From Pseudobacteriovorax sp. (GTDB lineage Bacteria > Bdellovibrionota_B > Oligoflexia > Oligoflexales > Oligoflexaceae), in assembly GCA_050293845.1 (NCBI GenBank), contig JBNKNM010000011.1:16440-64992 (forward strand): a stretch of DNA of 48,553 nt. The letters are read 5' to 3'. The notes below the pieces were generated by a model that saw only the letters and a list, made by a program, of their open reading frames with translations, made no database searches and had not been told where the DNA came from. This document shows, piece by piece, positions 48,124 to 48,553 of the stretch (position 1 is the stretch's first letter; each line of letters starts with the position of its first letter). Both the position numbers and the translations under genes were made by a program.

Positions 48124-48553
48124 TAGAGATATAAAGTCTCTTTTGTAAGCTATCCCACCCCAAAGAGGGTAGCCATTCTTTGTAAAAGCAACCTTGATAG
48201 TTACTGATTGTTAAATAAACGAAACTAGAGCCAGATTGAAATTTAAACTGCGATGTTATCGCATCTTGTCTGACCAAAAGTCGTTTCATAAAATTTATGC
48301 TATAGCGTTTCTGATAGGCTGTGTGAAAATTAATGCAGAGATGCTTATAGCAATTTCGTAGATAAAAATACTCTCATTGATTTTTGTAAGTGATAGGATA
48401 ATTTTTTTTAATACCTAAGATTTTTAAATAATTTTTTTAAGCTTACATTAATTATCCGTGAAGGCAATTTTTTTGAATCTGTCAAGAGCTGTAAGGAGTT
48501 GGTATCAAAAAGACGATTACACTGGATACAAATCGATGACAACTTCAAGTACG

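Noticed and set aside
1..48553. Prophage, defence island, rRNA or tRNA genes
   Set aside because: No integrase, phage structural, restriction or toxin genes were recognised, and no tRNA cloverleaf or rRNA signatures were seen in the intergenic gaps

Overview
About 48.5 kb of bacterial chromosome, roughly 42% GC by eye. It is mostly housekeeping DNA with no rRNA, tRNA, CRISPR array or intact mobile element. The gene mix (Hanks kinase with PEGA-like domain, PSP1/RicT next to tmk-holB, ccsA-hemA-hemC, PilZ and CheX proteins, many sigma-28-like promoters) suggests a deltaproteobacterial-type organism, probably Bdellovibrionota/Oligoflexia; this is inference. Core genes: tmk, holB, tdk, rlmN, hemC, hemA, 2-oxoacid dehydrogenase E2 and lpdA, engB, mutL, miaA, tyrS, greA, hutI, cysS, argRGH and an RlmD-like methyltransferase. 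The best candidate for an undescribed system is a tightly packed five-gene operon at 40822-46301: ornithine/lysine-racemase-type PLP enzyme, GNAT acetyltransferase, atypical Alr-family racemase, Na+/solute symporter and M20 amidohydrolase. It looks like an uptake/acetylation/racemisation/deacylation pathway for an unknown (D-)amino acid. Other leads: an orphan + strand promoter-terminator unit at about 39.3-39.45 kb (candidate sRNA), a dispersed set of FliA-like promoters, an HTH fused to an ImmA/IrrE-like domain lacking HEXXH, a PASTA lipoprotein, a CobU lacking its catalytic His, an SH3-M48-FadL cluster, and two elements missed by the ORF track (a collagen-repeat secreted protein and an ISAs1 remnant).
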